Positions 39,560-55,300 of a stretch of DNA of 64,000 nt are shown one piece after another. This DNA comes from Thecamonas trahens ATCC 50062 (Eukaryota; Protista; Apusomonadida), in assembly GCF_000142905.1 (NCBI RefSeq), contig NW_013657666.1, positions 444,631 to 508,630 of the forward strand. Reading direction: 5' to 3'. Every line of letters begins with the position of its first letter. Position 1 is the first letter of the stretch. The notes under the pieces were generated by a model, which saw only the letters and a program-made list of their open reading frames with translations, did not search any database and was not told where the DNA came from. The position numbers were made by a program, and so were the translations under genes.

Positions 39560-41174
39560 ATGTCAGAGTCAGCATGTACCTCCGAGGCTGGATCCTCGGC
39601 GTCGGCCTCTTCGGCCACGCAGCCGCGCTCGATTGATTGCTACCTGTGCACAAAACGTTCAACGCCGTCGACACGACGCAGCAGCCGTTCGTCGTGGCAT
39701 GCAGCCAGTCGTGCGGACATTCCATCTGCGGAGAGTGTGCCATCAACGGTAGCAACGGCGAGGTGTCATCAGGCACGTGTCCCACATGCGGTGACGATTG
39801 TGAGATTGTCAAGAACACCAAGTTCATCAAGCATCTGACGCCCATTGCCGAGTTCACCCTCCACGCGACCAGGTTCTCCTCTGCGAAGGCTCGCACGACG
39901 ACGACGATCCGGTGCCGGTGGCGACTGTGTTCCTTGAGAAGAGCCCGGACGGCACCTTCTACTGCGCGTCTTGCGCCGACCGGATTTGCAGCTTCTTCCG
40001 GTGGGCGGACCGCCCGCCGATCACCGAGGCGACGACGCGGACCTCGATGTGTGACCAGTCCAGCATGCCCATCACCATGTACTGCACCGAACCTGGGTGC
40101 GCATCGGATCCCCTGCGCTGTCTGGCGTGCTTCACTCCGCATGGCCGCCACCACGGGCATCAGGGTGAGAAGATCGAGGATGTTGCTGCCAAGCGTAAGC
40201 GACAGCTGAGCTCCAAGCTGAACCAGCTCGATTCCATGCTGCTCGAGGTGGATACGAGCCTGGCAACGCTCAACGAGGTGATGTCCAAGCTTGGCCTGCG
40301 CGCGGAGCGCGGAACGGCCAACGAGGTCATCGAAGGTATCAACCGGTTCTTTGACAACACCATCGCCCAGCTTCGTGCTCGCGAGACCGAGCTCGTCGAC
40401 ATGGTCAACTCTATCTTGGCTGAAAGTGAGCACAAGGCCAAGGCTCGATTTGCGGCCATCGCCCAGTTTGTCTCGGTGTGCAAGGCTGTTTCCGCGGGCA
40501 TCAACCACTCTCTCCAGCTCTCGGACATCGAGTTTATGAAGGTTGAGAGCTCGGCCAAGGAAGTCGCCTGCGCCGTCATCGCCGACCCGCCCGTTCTTAA
40601 CCTTCCCATCACGGCCGAGCTCATCACCGACCTGCCGGACTTTCCGGTCTCGATCGCCGACTACGGCTCGATCACCACGCCTTCGCTCGGCTCGCATGTC
40701 TACTCGATCGATGTCACCCGGGTTGTCAGTGCCACCGTGAGCAACAACATCATGACCTGTGCCGCTTCCACCTACGGCAGCGCCGTCCTCACTCCAGCCA
40801 TCACATCGGGCGTGGCCAACTTCGACTTTGAGGTCCATGCCTTCAGCAACGGCAAGACCGAGTCGGGCGGCTACGTCTCGGTCGGTGTCTGTTGTGGCGT
40901 CCTTCCGAGCGTCGTCAAGTACAACACCGAGAACACCATCTGCTGGGTGGCGGACTCCATCAAGGTGGACAACACCCTGGCCTCGCTCCCTGGCACTCCA
41001 ATGCCGCATCGGGTTCCGTGCCGGGTCACCTTTGATGTCGCCACGGGCGTCCTTTCCGCCTTTGTCGCTGGGGAGCGCGCCTGCGCAGGTGCACTCCCAA
41101 CCAGCCATCTCTCCGGTCCCTTCCACTTTTTCATCGCGGGCTACGACAACTCTTCCATCCGCATCTTGTCGTAG
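39560..41174 (+). CDS. TRIM-like RING, B-box, coiled-coil, SPRY-like protein; two apparent 1-nt frameshifts (about 39655 and 39858)
   Basis: RING: CYLC|TF..CGHSICGEC..CPTC. B-boxes: LCEG..YCASC and MCDQ..MYCTEPGC..CLAC..HHGH. A coiled coil and a beta-rich C-terminal domain (YVSVGVC, VTFDVATGVLSAFV) follow. Confidence 0.7.
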
Positions 41175-41332
41175 GCGTTGCTCATGCCGTCAATGGGGAT
41201 TTTGCCACCTAAACACCACCTTCCCTCACCTCACCCCTCCCCCCCCCCCCCCCCCCCCGCGTGCCGATCGCCACCTGCCATCCCCCCCACTCCAGTCACC
41301 CAACCCCGTCCTGATCGCCACCTGCCACCCCT

Positions 41333-41721
41333 NNNNNNNNNNNNNNNNNNNNNNNNNNNNNNNNNNNNNNNNNNNNNNNNNNNNNNNNNNNNNNNNNNNN
41401 NNNNNNNNNNNNNNNNNNNNNNNNNNNNNNNNNNNNNNNNNNNNNNNNNNNNNNNNNNNNNNNNNNNNNNNNNNNNNNNNNNNNNNNNNNNNNNNNNNNN
41501 NNNNNNNNNNNNNNNNNNNNNNNNNNNNNNNNNNNNNNNNNNNNNNNNNNNNNNNNNNNNNNNNNNNNNNNNNNNNNNNNNNNNNNNNNNNNNNNNNNNN
41601 NNNNNNNNNNNNNNNNNNNNNNNNNNNNNNNNNNNNNNNNNNNNNNNNNNNNNNNNNNNNNNNNNNNNNNNNNNNNNNNNNNNNNNNNNNNNNNNNNNNN
41701 NNNNNNNNNNNNNNNNNNNNN
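41333..41721. other. Assembly gap (N run)
   Basis: Run of N. Confidence 1.
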
Positions 41722-41797
41722 NGCGCCGCCCACTCGCCACCCCCCCCCCCCCCCCACCACACACCCCACTCCCCCTCACCCCACCCGACTCTTCCAC

Positions 41798-44700
41798 ATG
41801 AACGAAATAGGGGTAGAAGGCATCATGGGCCTTGTGTCCGACAAGGTCCGACACTTGCTCAAGGAGAAGCGGAGGCTGAGGAGCAGGCTGCGGCGGCTGG
41901 AAGAAAGCGGGGCGACAGAGGCCGAAGTGGCGAGTGTCAAGGCAGAGTATCAAGACATGACTGAAGTTGTTCGTGAGCTCAAGGCTGATGAAGCGAGAAA
42001 GGCCTTTGTTCTCTTTGACAAAGATCGTTCCGGTGCTCTCTCTCTGGACGAGTTTGCAGTCTTGGCCTCTCGTCTCGATCCTGATCTCGAGCGGTCTGCC
42101 ATCGAAGCAGAGTTTCATGCCATGGATCTCAACACAGATGGCAAGGTCTCGTTGGCAGAGTTCTCCCGCTGGTGGGTCGCCTTTGCTCCCGACAACAAAA
42201 TGCGTCAAAAGCTCAAGACTGCCCTTCTTCGCAAGTTCCTCCACTCCAAGGTCTCGTCTGACAAGCAAAAGGCCGCCGTCTCGGAGCTTCGCGCCGCCGC
42301 ATCGCATCTCCGCGCCCAGGTCCGCGCCCTCGGCGCAGAATCTCTCTCCGACAAGTCTGCGTCAGTCCTCCGCTCCACTTTTGCCTCCATCCACCAGGAT
42401 GTGCTTGCCGCCCTCGATGAACCAGCGCCCGAGATGTCCGACGCCGAGCCGGAGCTCGAGGTCTACTACCCGTACTTTGGGCCGGGCGTCTATGACAACG
42501 CACACATCAACGTCAGCATCAACGCTGCCCGACCAGAGGCCATTCTCCGCAAGCTCCTCCAGCCGGCCCACGTCGACCCGCACCTCCTGCGGGTCTTTCT
42601 CTACACCCACAAGCGCTACCTCCCGTCAACGCTCCTTCTCAAGGCCGTCGTCCAGCGGTTCCTCGCCCACACTGCTGCAGGCGTGCTTGACCCGCACCAC
42701 GGTGGCGCAACCCTGCCGCCGACGCTCGTTGACCCCAACGGGACGCTCGCCAACCGCGACGGACCCATCCTCGCCGGCGTCACTTGGTCCTCGCTCGAGA
42801 CCGGCGAGGCCATCCGTGTGCAAGCCCTCCTCTTCCTCCACGCCTGGCTCGCCACCGCAGGCACAGACCTCTCCGAGGACAACCTCGCCACCATTGTCCG
42901 CGGCTTCTTTGACTCGATTCAGTCGTCAAAGTCCTCCGGCGTCTCGGCCGACGCCCCGTCAGCCCGCCTCGTTGGCTTCCTCTCCACAGAGCTCGATGTT
43001 CTAGAGACCTCGCTCGCGTCGGTCATGCTCCCAGCGTCATACGACATCGATCGCCTCGCGCCGTTCTTTGCTCCGCCGCACACCACCGACGACAACCTCG
43101 GAAACTCGGTCGCCGCCCTCAGCGACCTCTCGGCCTACGAGTGGGCCCGCCAGCTCACCCTCCTCGACTTTGAGGCCTACACTCAGATCAAGCCTCACGA
43201 GTTTCTCAAGAACCAGGCCCAGCCGGCCCTCGGCCCGTTTGTCAACAGCTTTGCCCGCCGCGCCGCCTGGGTCGCCTCGGAAGTCACCACCCCGTCGTTG
43301 GCCCAGGACCGCGCCCGCGCCGTCGTCACCTTTGTCGACATGGCCCATTGCTGTGCAGTGCTTGACAACTACGCCTCGCTGGTGTGCATCGTCTCTACCC
43401 TCCTCTCGCCGCCAGTCCAGGCGACCTTTGATCTCGTTCCCGCCGCCGCTCGCGCCCGACTCGCCACCCTCGAGGAGCTCGTTGCTCCGCTCCTCCGCTT
43501 TGAGACCACGGCAGACGTCATGAGTTCTGTTGCGCCGCCGGCCGTCCCCTACATTGTTCCGTACGAGGCCCGGCTCTTTAACATTGAGGCCACCCACAAG
43601 ACCTGGTGCGACGCAACCGAGTCGCGCATGGTCAACATCCGCAAGTTCACCGCTCTCGCAGACGTCATCGACACCGCCCTCGTCTTTCAGTCGGGCGAGT
43701 ACGCCATCCGTCCGCTCTACGCCTGTCGCTCCTACCTCGCCCGATACCCGGTTCTTTCTCATTCGGCGCTTCGCGAGCGCGCCGCTGCCGGCCTATCTCG
43801 CATCCAATCCGACGGAAGAATGCTGTCTGCAGGCACGTCTGGCGCTGCTGCCGGAAACGCCTCCGCCATTGTCTTTGCCGCCGACCCGGCTGTCGAAAAC
43901 GCCGTCAAACCCGTTTTCGGCGTCATGGCCACGCCCGACTCGCCCGTCAGCGGCAGTTCAGTCCCCAAGCCCATCCGTCCGCTCAGAGCCCAGATCACCT
44001 CGGTCCTCGACGTCCACCCGCTCGAGCTCGCCCGCCAGCTCGCCCTCCTCACCCACAAGCAGTTTGCCAAGGTCAGAGCCGTTGACTGGACCACCACGGT
44101 GGTTCGTGACGGCCGCTCATCTCTTCTCGACCCGCTCGTCACTCCCTCGCTTGCCACCCTCACCTTTCCGCAGCTTGTCGCCTTTCCCGGTGCTACCGAC
44201 GACGAGTCGTTGGCCTCGCCGGCCATGGGCCACTTCCTCGACCAACTGCTCCACATCATGAGCTGGACCCAGAGCCAGATTCTGCTCTCCTCGCCGCACC
44301 TTGTCCAGGCCGGCCAGCTCATCGCCTCATCTGAGGCCCTAGACTCGGGCACCATCGATGTGGTTCTTGTCGAGCGCCTCCACTCGCTCTGCTACGTCAT
44401 TGACGTCGCCCATGCCTCGCTTCTCCTCGGCAACTTTGCCGGTCTTGCTGCCATTGTTCTCGCCCTCCACACCGCGCCCATCCAGCGGCTCTCGCTCACC
44501 TGGCGCGGCCTGCCAAGCTTCTTCAAGCACAAGCTCGCGGCGCTCGAGGCCGTCATTGCCTTTTCGCCAAAGTCGCGCCGGTACCCGCGCTACCGCCTCG
44601 CCCTTGACGCTACCCACTCGCCGTACGTCCCGCTGCCAAGCGCCCATCTCGTCGCCCTCTTTGACCTCTACTACAACGTGCATGGAGACGAAGACGCCTT

Positions 44701-45049
44701 TGCCACGCACCCAAGCACCGCTGCCGAACTCGATTTGCTCAAGAACGCCGCGACTACCCCCTACCGGCTGCGCAAGCTCGACGACGTGGTCGTCTGCATC
44801 ACTCAGCCGGCGGCCGGTATCCTCTCCCAAAACCAGGCCATGGCTGCCGCCATCAAGCTCGAGCCCGAAGGCCACTCCATCTCGTCAGTCGCCAAGCTTT
44901 GGGCCTCGGGCCGTGCCTTTGAGCACATCTCGCAGATCCGCGACACAGGCTACGACCTCTCTGGCGAGGTCTTTGGCGCGGCCGCGGGCCCCTCGGCCAG
45001 CAGCGACTGCTCGCTCGGCAACTTCACACTAACTGAGCCGCTCCATTGA
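41798..45049 (+). CDS. EF-hand pair, REM and two tandem RasGEF (CDC25-like) domains
   Basis: EF loops DKDRSGALSLDE and DLNTDGKVSLAE. REM region LRVFLYTHKRYL. CDC25 starts at YEWARQLTLLDF and HPLELARQLALL, each followed by NY/NF..LxxI and PxVP motifs. Confidence 0.8.
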   Translation: MNEIGVEGIMGLVSDKVRHLLKEKRRLRSRLRRLEESGATEAEVASVKAEYQDMTEVVRELKADEARKAFVLFDKDRSGALSLDEFAVLASRLDPDLERSAIEAEFHAMDLNTDGKVSLAEFSRWWVAFAPDNKMRQKLKTALLRKFLHSKVSSDKQKAAVSELRAAASHLRAQVRALGAESLSDKSASVLRSTFASIHQDVLAALDEPAPEMSDAEPELEVYYPYFGPGVYDNAHINVSINAARPEAILRKLLQPAHVDPHLLRVFLYTHKRYLPSTLLLKAVVQRFLAHTAAGVLDPHHGGATLPPTLVDPNGTLANRDGPILAGVTWSSLETGEAIRVQALLFLHAWLATAGTDLSEDNLATIVRGFFDSIQSSKSSGVSADAPSARLVGFLSTELDVLETSLASVMLPASYDIDRLAPFFAPPHTTDDNLGNSVAALSDLSAYEWARQLTLLDFEAYTQIKPHEFLKNQAQPALGPFVNSFARRAAWVASEVTTPSLAQDRARAVVTFVDMAHCCAVLDNYASLVCIVSTLLSPPVQATFDLVPAAARARLATLEELVAPLLRFETTADVMSSVAPPAVPYIVPYEARLFNIEATHKTWCDATESRMVNIRKFTALADVIDTALVFQSGEYAIRPLYACRSYLARYPVLSHSALRERAAAGLSRIQSDGRMLSAGTSGAAAGNASAIVFAADPAVENAVKPVFGVMATPDSPVSGSSVPKPIRPLRAQITSVLDVHPLELARQLALLTHKQFAKVRAVDWTTTVVRDGRSSLLDPLVTPSLATLTFPQLVAFPGATDDESLASPAMGHFLDQLLHIMSWTQSQILLSSPHLVQAGQLIASSEALDSGTIDVVLVERLHSLCYVIDVAHASLLLGNFAGLAAIVLALHTAPIQRLSLTWRGLPSFFKHKLAALEAVIAFSPKSRRYPRYRLALDATHSPYVPLPSAHLVALFDLYYNVHGDEDAFATHPSTAAELDLLKNAATTPYRLRKLDDVVVCITQPAAGILSQNQAMAAAIKLEPEGHSISSVAKLWASGRAFEHISQIRDTGYDLSGEVFGAAAGPSASSDCSLGNFTLTEPLH

Positions 45050-45085
45050 ATGCGAGCAAACGACAAAGAGACAGCTCTCTGGCCT

Positions 45086-47110
45086 TCACTTGAACTCCAC
45101 CGTCGAGACGTTGCGTGGCGCGAGCGACGACGGCTCCCACCCGACCGTCCGGAGATCGTACACCAGATGTGCAAGGTGCGTGGCCTTGGAAAAGTCCAAC
45201 CGCAACGCGCATTGCCAGCCAGAACTCTTAACCGACGTTGCCCGCTGCGACGACGACGCCATTGCCGTTTCTGGCACCGTACCGGCGCCAGCGCCAGTGT
45301 CGACTGATGCCGGCGCAGTCCGGACGAGAGCCGGGAGGAAAATAGTCTGTGCGCCGCGGCCCTGAGAGGTGAGCCACAGCTCCCAGGCTCCGGTTGCCCA
45401 TTCGGTAGCGGCACTCATGCCTGTCGGGAGGCCATCGGTGAGCTGCAAGTTGAGCCCGACAAGACCGCCAAAGAGCTCGTCGGAAGTATCATCGACAGCC
45501 CGGGTGAGGGCAAAGCAGATGGTTTCCACCTGCGGTGGCACAGTGAGCAGATCCAACCGGAAGGTCTCGACCCGTCGCGACGAGGTTTGCTTGATGGTCT
45601 TGGAGACATAGTTCAGCTCCTGTGCCGACTCGTCGCGGTGGAGGGCGCTGACGAGCACGCCGTTAGCGTCGAGCAGAACGAGTCCAGTCGAAGGGTGGCC
45701 GTGGCTCATCCCGCGCCGGCGCCGAGTCTCCACAACCAGCTGCACGCCCGTCAGCAGCGACGAGAGCGGCAAGTCAAAGGCATCTCCAAGCGAGAGCGGT
45801 GTCTCGGCTGCGTCCGGCGGGGCTGAGAGGCCAGAGGGCGTGCGTGCGGGGCGCGAGTCTGGCGAGGTTTGGCCCGACGTCACCCTGCTTCCCACTCGGC
45901 GCCCCTTGCCGTCAGCTCGGGTGGAAAACTGGCGAGCGAGCGAGGCTGACGACGAGACATCGACCGCGGCCTCGGCAAGAAGAAAGGCGTCGCGCGGGCG
46001 TGGTGCAGGCACCACCACAGGCTTGGCCGATGGCCGGTTCATAGTGTCGTACTTGGCCGCTAGATGCGCGGCGGCCTTGGCGTAGAGCGCCTTGTGAGAC
46101 GCCGTCGGCCGCAGGGCCTCCTCGAGGATGTCGCGCGAGTGGGTCAGGTCGCGCATCCAGTCAAAGGCCTCGTCCTCCGAGGCGGCAGCAAGGACCACAT
46201 TGCCGTCAGCCGACACTACCAAAAAGCAGTGCTCAACAATGTGCGCCTCGGCGATGGCCAACGACGGCGACGACCACAGTGCCTTGCCGCGAGCCTCGAG
46301 CGCAGCCGCGTACTCGAGCGGATCGCCCAGCTCGGGCGCGTACGCCCCGAGATAGAAGACTTCGGCGCCGTCCAGTCCCACCGAGCCGCGCGGCGTTACG
46401 TCATCCACGTTGGCAAAGTAGAATAGCCGGCCCGTGGCTAGCGTCGCCCATCTTGGCTCGAAAAACAGCCCGGCCGCCCGAGTCCCGCTCAGCTTGAGCA
46501 TCGGACCTTCCCGCTTTGGCGCCGACGCCAGCAGCGGAAAAAACAGAGCTTGGGCCGCCCGCAGCGAGTTGACCCACGCATGCGCCTCCTCAGACGTCAG
46601 CGGCGCAAGAAGCAGGCCCTCTCTCGGCGTCCTCAACACAAACGCCGCCACGGGCTCATCGATAGCCGGACTTGCATCCGCAGGCGACTCGGACGCCAGG
46701 CCAGGACGGTCTTCGCCATCGGCCTTTTGACGAGCCTGTTCCATGACGGTGATGATAGGTGGGCGTGATGATGACAGCGAGTTGGGAGCAGGGCGGCGTG
46801 ATGACGACAAACGATGATCAGAGTGATCGACGGGCAGATTTGAGCTCGCGGAGCGCGCAGAAGCCTTTGCAGCATGCATGCCTTGGTACATGGAAGAAGG
46901 CGGGAGAGCGACGACATTGCCAATGGAGAGAGATTGGAGCTGAGTGGAGAAGAGCGGCGCAGAGGCGATTGATCGTGATGTTGGTGCCGAGGCGTAGTAC
47001 AGCAGAGTGTCATCAAGCAGCGCCAGCCAAACAGGTGTACCTGGCGGAAGACGACGAGTAGCACATGCTCCTCCTCGAAGGAGGTACACCCATCCTTCTT
47101 CTATCCCCAT
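45086..47110 (-). CDS. Tandem PH-domain protein with a C-terminal TerD-like domain
   Basis: PH1: EEGWVYL..LLYY..EEAHAWVNSL. PH2: REGPMLK..RLFYF..EDEAFDWMRDL. TerD-like: GLVLLDANG..ETFRLDLLTVPPQVETICFAL..LVR..GWQ. Confidence 0.65.
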   Translation of the reverse strand: MGIEEGWVYLLRGGACATRRLPPGTPVWLALLDDTLLYYASAPTSRSIASAPLFSTQLQSLSIGNVVALPPSSMYQGMHAAKASARSASSNLPVDHSDHRLSSSRRPAPNSLSSSRPPIITVMEQARQKADGEDRPGLASESPADASPAIDEPVAAFVLRTPREGLLLAPLTSEEAHAWVNSLRAAQALFFPLLASAPKREGPMLKLSGTRAAGLFFEPRWATLATGRLFYFANVDDVTPRGSVGLDGAEVFYLGAYAPELGDPLEYAAALEARGKALWSSPSLAIAEAHIVEHCFLVVSADGNVVLAAASEDEAFDWMRDLTHSRDILEEALRPTASHKALYAKAAAHLAAKYDTMNRPSAKPVVVPAPRPRDAFLLAEAAVDVSSSASLARQFSTRADGKGRRVGSRVTSGQTSPDSRPARTPSGLSAPPDAAETPLSLGDAFDLPLSSLLTGVQLVVETRRRRGMSHGHPSTGLVLLDANGVLVSALHRDESAQELNYVSKTIKQTSSRRVETFRLDLLTVPPQVETICFALTRAVDDTSDELFGGLVGLNLQLTDGLPTGMSAATEWATGAWELWLTSQGRGAQTIFLPALVRTAPASVDTGAGAGTVPETAMASSSQRATSVKSSGWQCALRLDFSKATHLAHLVYDLRTVGWEPSSLAPRNVSTVEFK

Positions 47111-47443
47111 ATCTACTTTTCCTTCTCTTGCTCGCCCTCTTCCTCCTTCACCGCTCTCGCTGCGGGGTTACTGCCGGCGTGAGGTACCGCTGCCCGCCCG
47201 CCCGTTGCCCGACCGACCGACCCGGCCCCAACCCGACCCGGCCAACCCGACCAACCTGACCGACCTGGCCAACCCGACCGACGTGACCGACGTGATCGAC
47301 TCGACCGATTTATCCCGATCGATTGATCGACTGAACTCGACCTCGCTGTCATCGCCAACGTGCCGGGCAGAATGAATGTGGTGCGTGCTGGTGTTAAACA
47401 AACCACGGTGAACAGAGGCAAGGGACCGATGTCGGGCGACTGA

Positions 47444-51536
<4,093 letters not shown>

Positions 51537-52357
51537 GGTGGTAGAGGGTGGTGGTGGCGTGGGTGGTGGTGGCGTGGGTGGGTGGAGTGCTGGTGCTGGT
51601 GCTGGTGCTGGTGCTGGTGCTGGTGGTGGTGGTGGTCGTCGTCGTGTTGTCGTCGGTCGAGTGTCGAGTGCCAGTGGTTATGGCTGAGCTGTGACCGGTG
51701 ACAGACGACACGTGACCGATGGCTTATGATGGCTGTTGCTGAGAGGAGGCGGGGGTGGAGGGGGCTGGAGGAGGGAAGGGGAGATAGAGGAAGTATGGGA
51801 TTGGCTGATAGGGTGGTTGATCGGTGTTGATCGGTGTGTTATGGTTACATTGGATCGCAGGGGTGAGCATGATGATGACCCGGCCCATCGCACCACCGCA
51901 TGGTTGATTTGGTTCCCCTCCTCTCACGTCTCCGCCTACCTCTGATCCTGTCCGCCACCCTCCACTCAAACCGATTCCCACAAAGTGACCAAGACCTCTC
52001 CCCCCACCCCAACCCCTCGATCTCCTTCCCATCCTCGTCCACGATCCTTCAATCCCCGACCCCTCCTCCCCCTCCCATCCTCGTCCACGATCCTGCGATC
52101 CCGGACCCCTCGATCCCCCCTCCCCCCCTCTCCGCCCCCTCCCCCCTCCCATCCTCGTCCCCAATCCCTCGACCCCCCTCCCCCCTTCTCTCCCTCTCTC
52201 CCTCTCTCCACCAACTCACCAAGATCTCTCCCCCTCCCCTCCCCGTCCCAGATCGCCCTCTCCGCGTCCCCCGTCCCCCGTCCCCCGCCTCGCCCACTCA
52301 GACCGATCCCCAACCAAGTCACCAAGACCTCTCCCCTCCCCCCCCCCCCCGTCCACC

Positions 52358-55300
52358 ATGAGCGGGCTCAGCGCAGACGACGAAGTTGAGTTTGTACTCC
52401 TTCGACATTCTCTGGTACTCTCTGCTTGCCAGTATGTACCTCTCGTACTTGGACTGCCTACTACCCTTGCTGCCAGTCTCTCGTACCTTCCCCATTGGTC
52501 AAGTCTCGAGTGCTGGCTTCTCCTCGCTGCTGTCCTCCTCATCCAAGCTACAGTCCTCCTCGCTGGCTACTGGTCCGTTCCTCTCAAGGCTCGCTTGACG
52601 GCAAGGCGACTGGTGTGCAACGCAGAGTCACTCGCTTGGGCTGATTCGGTCCTCGCTCTGCCTACAAAGCTTCGTGGAAAGGCCCAGATCTTGGATCTGC
52701 GCAAGAGTGAGAATCGTCAAGGTCTGGACGCTACCTTTGTCGTCTTTCAGCAGCAAGTCTATCGCTTTGGCGAGCTTGATGGTGCTGGTCGCTTTGGTTT
52801 TGGTCGTCCAGAGCTTCCGATCGGCAAGCCGCGCGAGTTCTATGCCGCTGCACGCGGGTTGGAGTCGCCCGAGAGCCTCGCCGCGGCGCATGAGATGTAC
52901 GGCGGCAACTCGTTCGACGTCCCGTCGCGGACGTTCAAGGACATGTACATCGAGCACGCGCTTGCGCCGTTCTTTGTCTTTCAGATCATGTGTGTCCTTC
53001 TCTGGCTCCTCGACGAGTACTGGCACTACGCCCTGCTCACGCTCGTCATGCTTCTGTTCCTCGAGGGTGTCATGGTCAAGCAGCGGCTGCGCAACCTGGC
53101 CGCCCTTGGCTCGATGTCGCCCGAGCCGTCAAAGGTCAATGTCCTCCGTGAGGGCACGTGGTCGTCAGTCTGGTCGACCACGCTGGTGCCCGGCGACATC
53201 ATTGCTCTCGCCGGCCCACGCGGCCGCAACGAGGCCGACCCGGGCGCCGTCCCCTGCGACGTCGTCCTCCTCTACGGCAAGGTCATTGTCAACGAGGCCA
53301 TGCTCACCGGCGAGTCGGTCCCGCAGGCCAAGGAGCCGCTCCTTGAGGGCGGCGACGCCTGGCCGGCCGACCGTACCCTCTCGCTCGAGTCGGACAAGCT
53401 CCACATTGTGTTTGGTGGCACGACGGTGGTCCAGCACTCAGAGCCGACCAGTGCCGTCCCATTCCGGTCCTTCCGCTCTGGCGCTGCCCTCGGCATGGTT
53501 GTCCGCACCGGCTTTGACACTGCCCAGGGCTCGCTCGTCCGCACCATTGTCTTTGCTGCCCAGCGCATGACCGCGGCTAACGCCGAGGCACTGGGCTTCA
53601 TCTGCTTCCTCCTCGCGTTTGCCCTCCTCGCAGCGTGGCATGTGTGGACTACCGGCATCGAGCGGGCCATTCTCCCCAAGTCCAAGCTCCTGCTCGAGTG
53701 CATCCTGATTGTCACCTCGGTCGTGCCGCCCGAGCTCCCTATGGAGCTCTCGATGGCTGTCAACTCGTCCCTTGTCGCGCTCCAGTCCAAGGGCGTGTTT
53801 TGCACCGAACCGTTCCGCATTCCCTACGGCGGCAAGGTCGACGTCTGCTGCTTTGACAAGACCGGGACGCTCACCACCGAGGAGCTTGTGGTCCGTGGTG
53901 TCGCCGGCGTCGATGCCAACAACCCTGACCGCCTCGTCCGCGCCAGCTCTGCCCCGCCGGCCGCCGGCCTTGTCCTCGGCGCCTGCCACTCGCTTGTCGC
54001 CATGCGGGCCGAGGTCGTCGGCGACCCGATGGAGCGGGCCGCGCTCCACGCCTCGCGCTGGCACCTCACCTCGACCGGCGCCGAGATTGGCCGCGGCGGC
54101 ATGAAGACCTCGGCCTTCCATGTTCGGGTCTTCCACTTTAGCTCGAGCCTCAAGCGCATGTCGGTCATTGCCAAGATCCAGCACGGCGGGATGGGCGCCA
54201 AGACGCCGATGGTGCTCACTAAGGGCGCACCCGAGGTCATCGCCAACTGCGTCGCTGACCTTCCGCACTGGTACTGGTCGGCGTACTCGGGCTGGGCCCG
54301 CAAGGGCGCCCGCGTCATCGCCCTCGCCACCCGGACGCTCACCGAGGCCGAGGCTGCCAAGCCGAGCGCCGTCCCGCGTGATGTTGCCGAGTCGAACCTC
54401 GAGTTTGCCGGCTTTCTGGTCATGAACTGTCCGCTCAAGGTCGACTCGCTCGCCTCTATCGACGAGCTGCACGAGTCGTCGCACCGGACCATGATGATCA
54501 CCGGCGACGCGCTCCTGACTGGCATTTCGGTCGCCGAAAAGCTCGGCATGGCCACCCGCCAGGTCCTCACTCTTCTCGCCGACCCGGTGAGCGGCATGCC
54601 GACCGAGTGGATCGATCCCGAGCTCTCGATCCTACTCTCGACCTCTAGCGCGTCCGCCCGGCGTGTAGCCTCCGAGTTGTCGCTCACCCGTCTGCCAGTG
54701 GCAGCCTACACACCCGCCACTGTGGGCGAGCTTGTCTCGAGCTACGACGTGGCCCTTGACGGACCTGGCTTTGCCGCCCTCGCCGACCACGATCCCGCGC
54801 TTCTTGACGCGCTCCTTCCCTACGTCCGCGTCTTTGCGCGCGTCACCCCGCAGCAAAAGGAGCTGGTGCTGGCGACGCTGCGGCGGCTCGGCCTCACCAC
54901 ACTCATGTGCGGCGACGGGACCAATGATGTCGGCGCGCTCAAGCAGGCTCACGTCGGCGTAGCGCTGCTCAATGTGGACAACGGTGCGTCGCTCCGGGCC
55001 AAGATCCGGGCCGACGCTGGGCTTCCTGTCGAGCACGCTGCTGGAGATGATGATGACGACGACGAGAGCGAGGCTGCAGCGTCGTCAACGGGCGCGCGCA
55101 AGGCTGCTGAGCTCCGCAAGCGCAAGGCGGAGCGCGCAGGCCTCAGCGCCAAGGAGCTGGCGGCAGCGCGGCGCAAGGCGCGGGCCAAGGGCAAGGGCAA
55201 GAAAAACCGCTCCGGCGGTGCCGCGCCGCAGGGCTCGTTGGCGGCGGCCATGTCGTCCGAGCCGGTCATCAAGCTCGGCGATGCGTCGATTGCCTCGCCA

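Noticed and set aside
51869-51945. Possible snoRNA with GCACCACC anti-SSU similarity
   Set aside because: The complementarity is only about 8 nt and interrupted, and there is no proper D' box or terminal stem.
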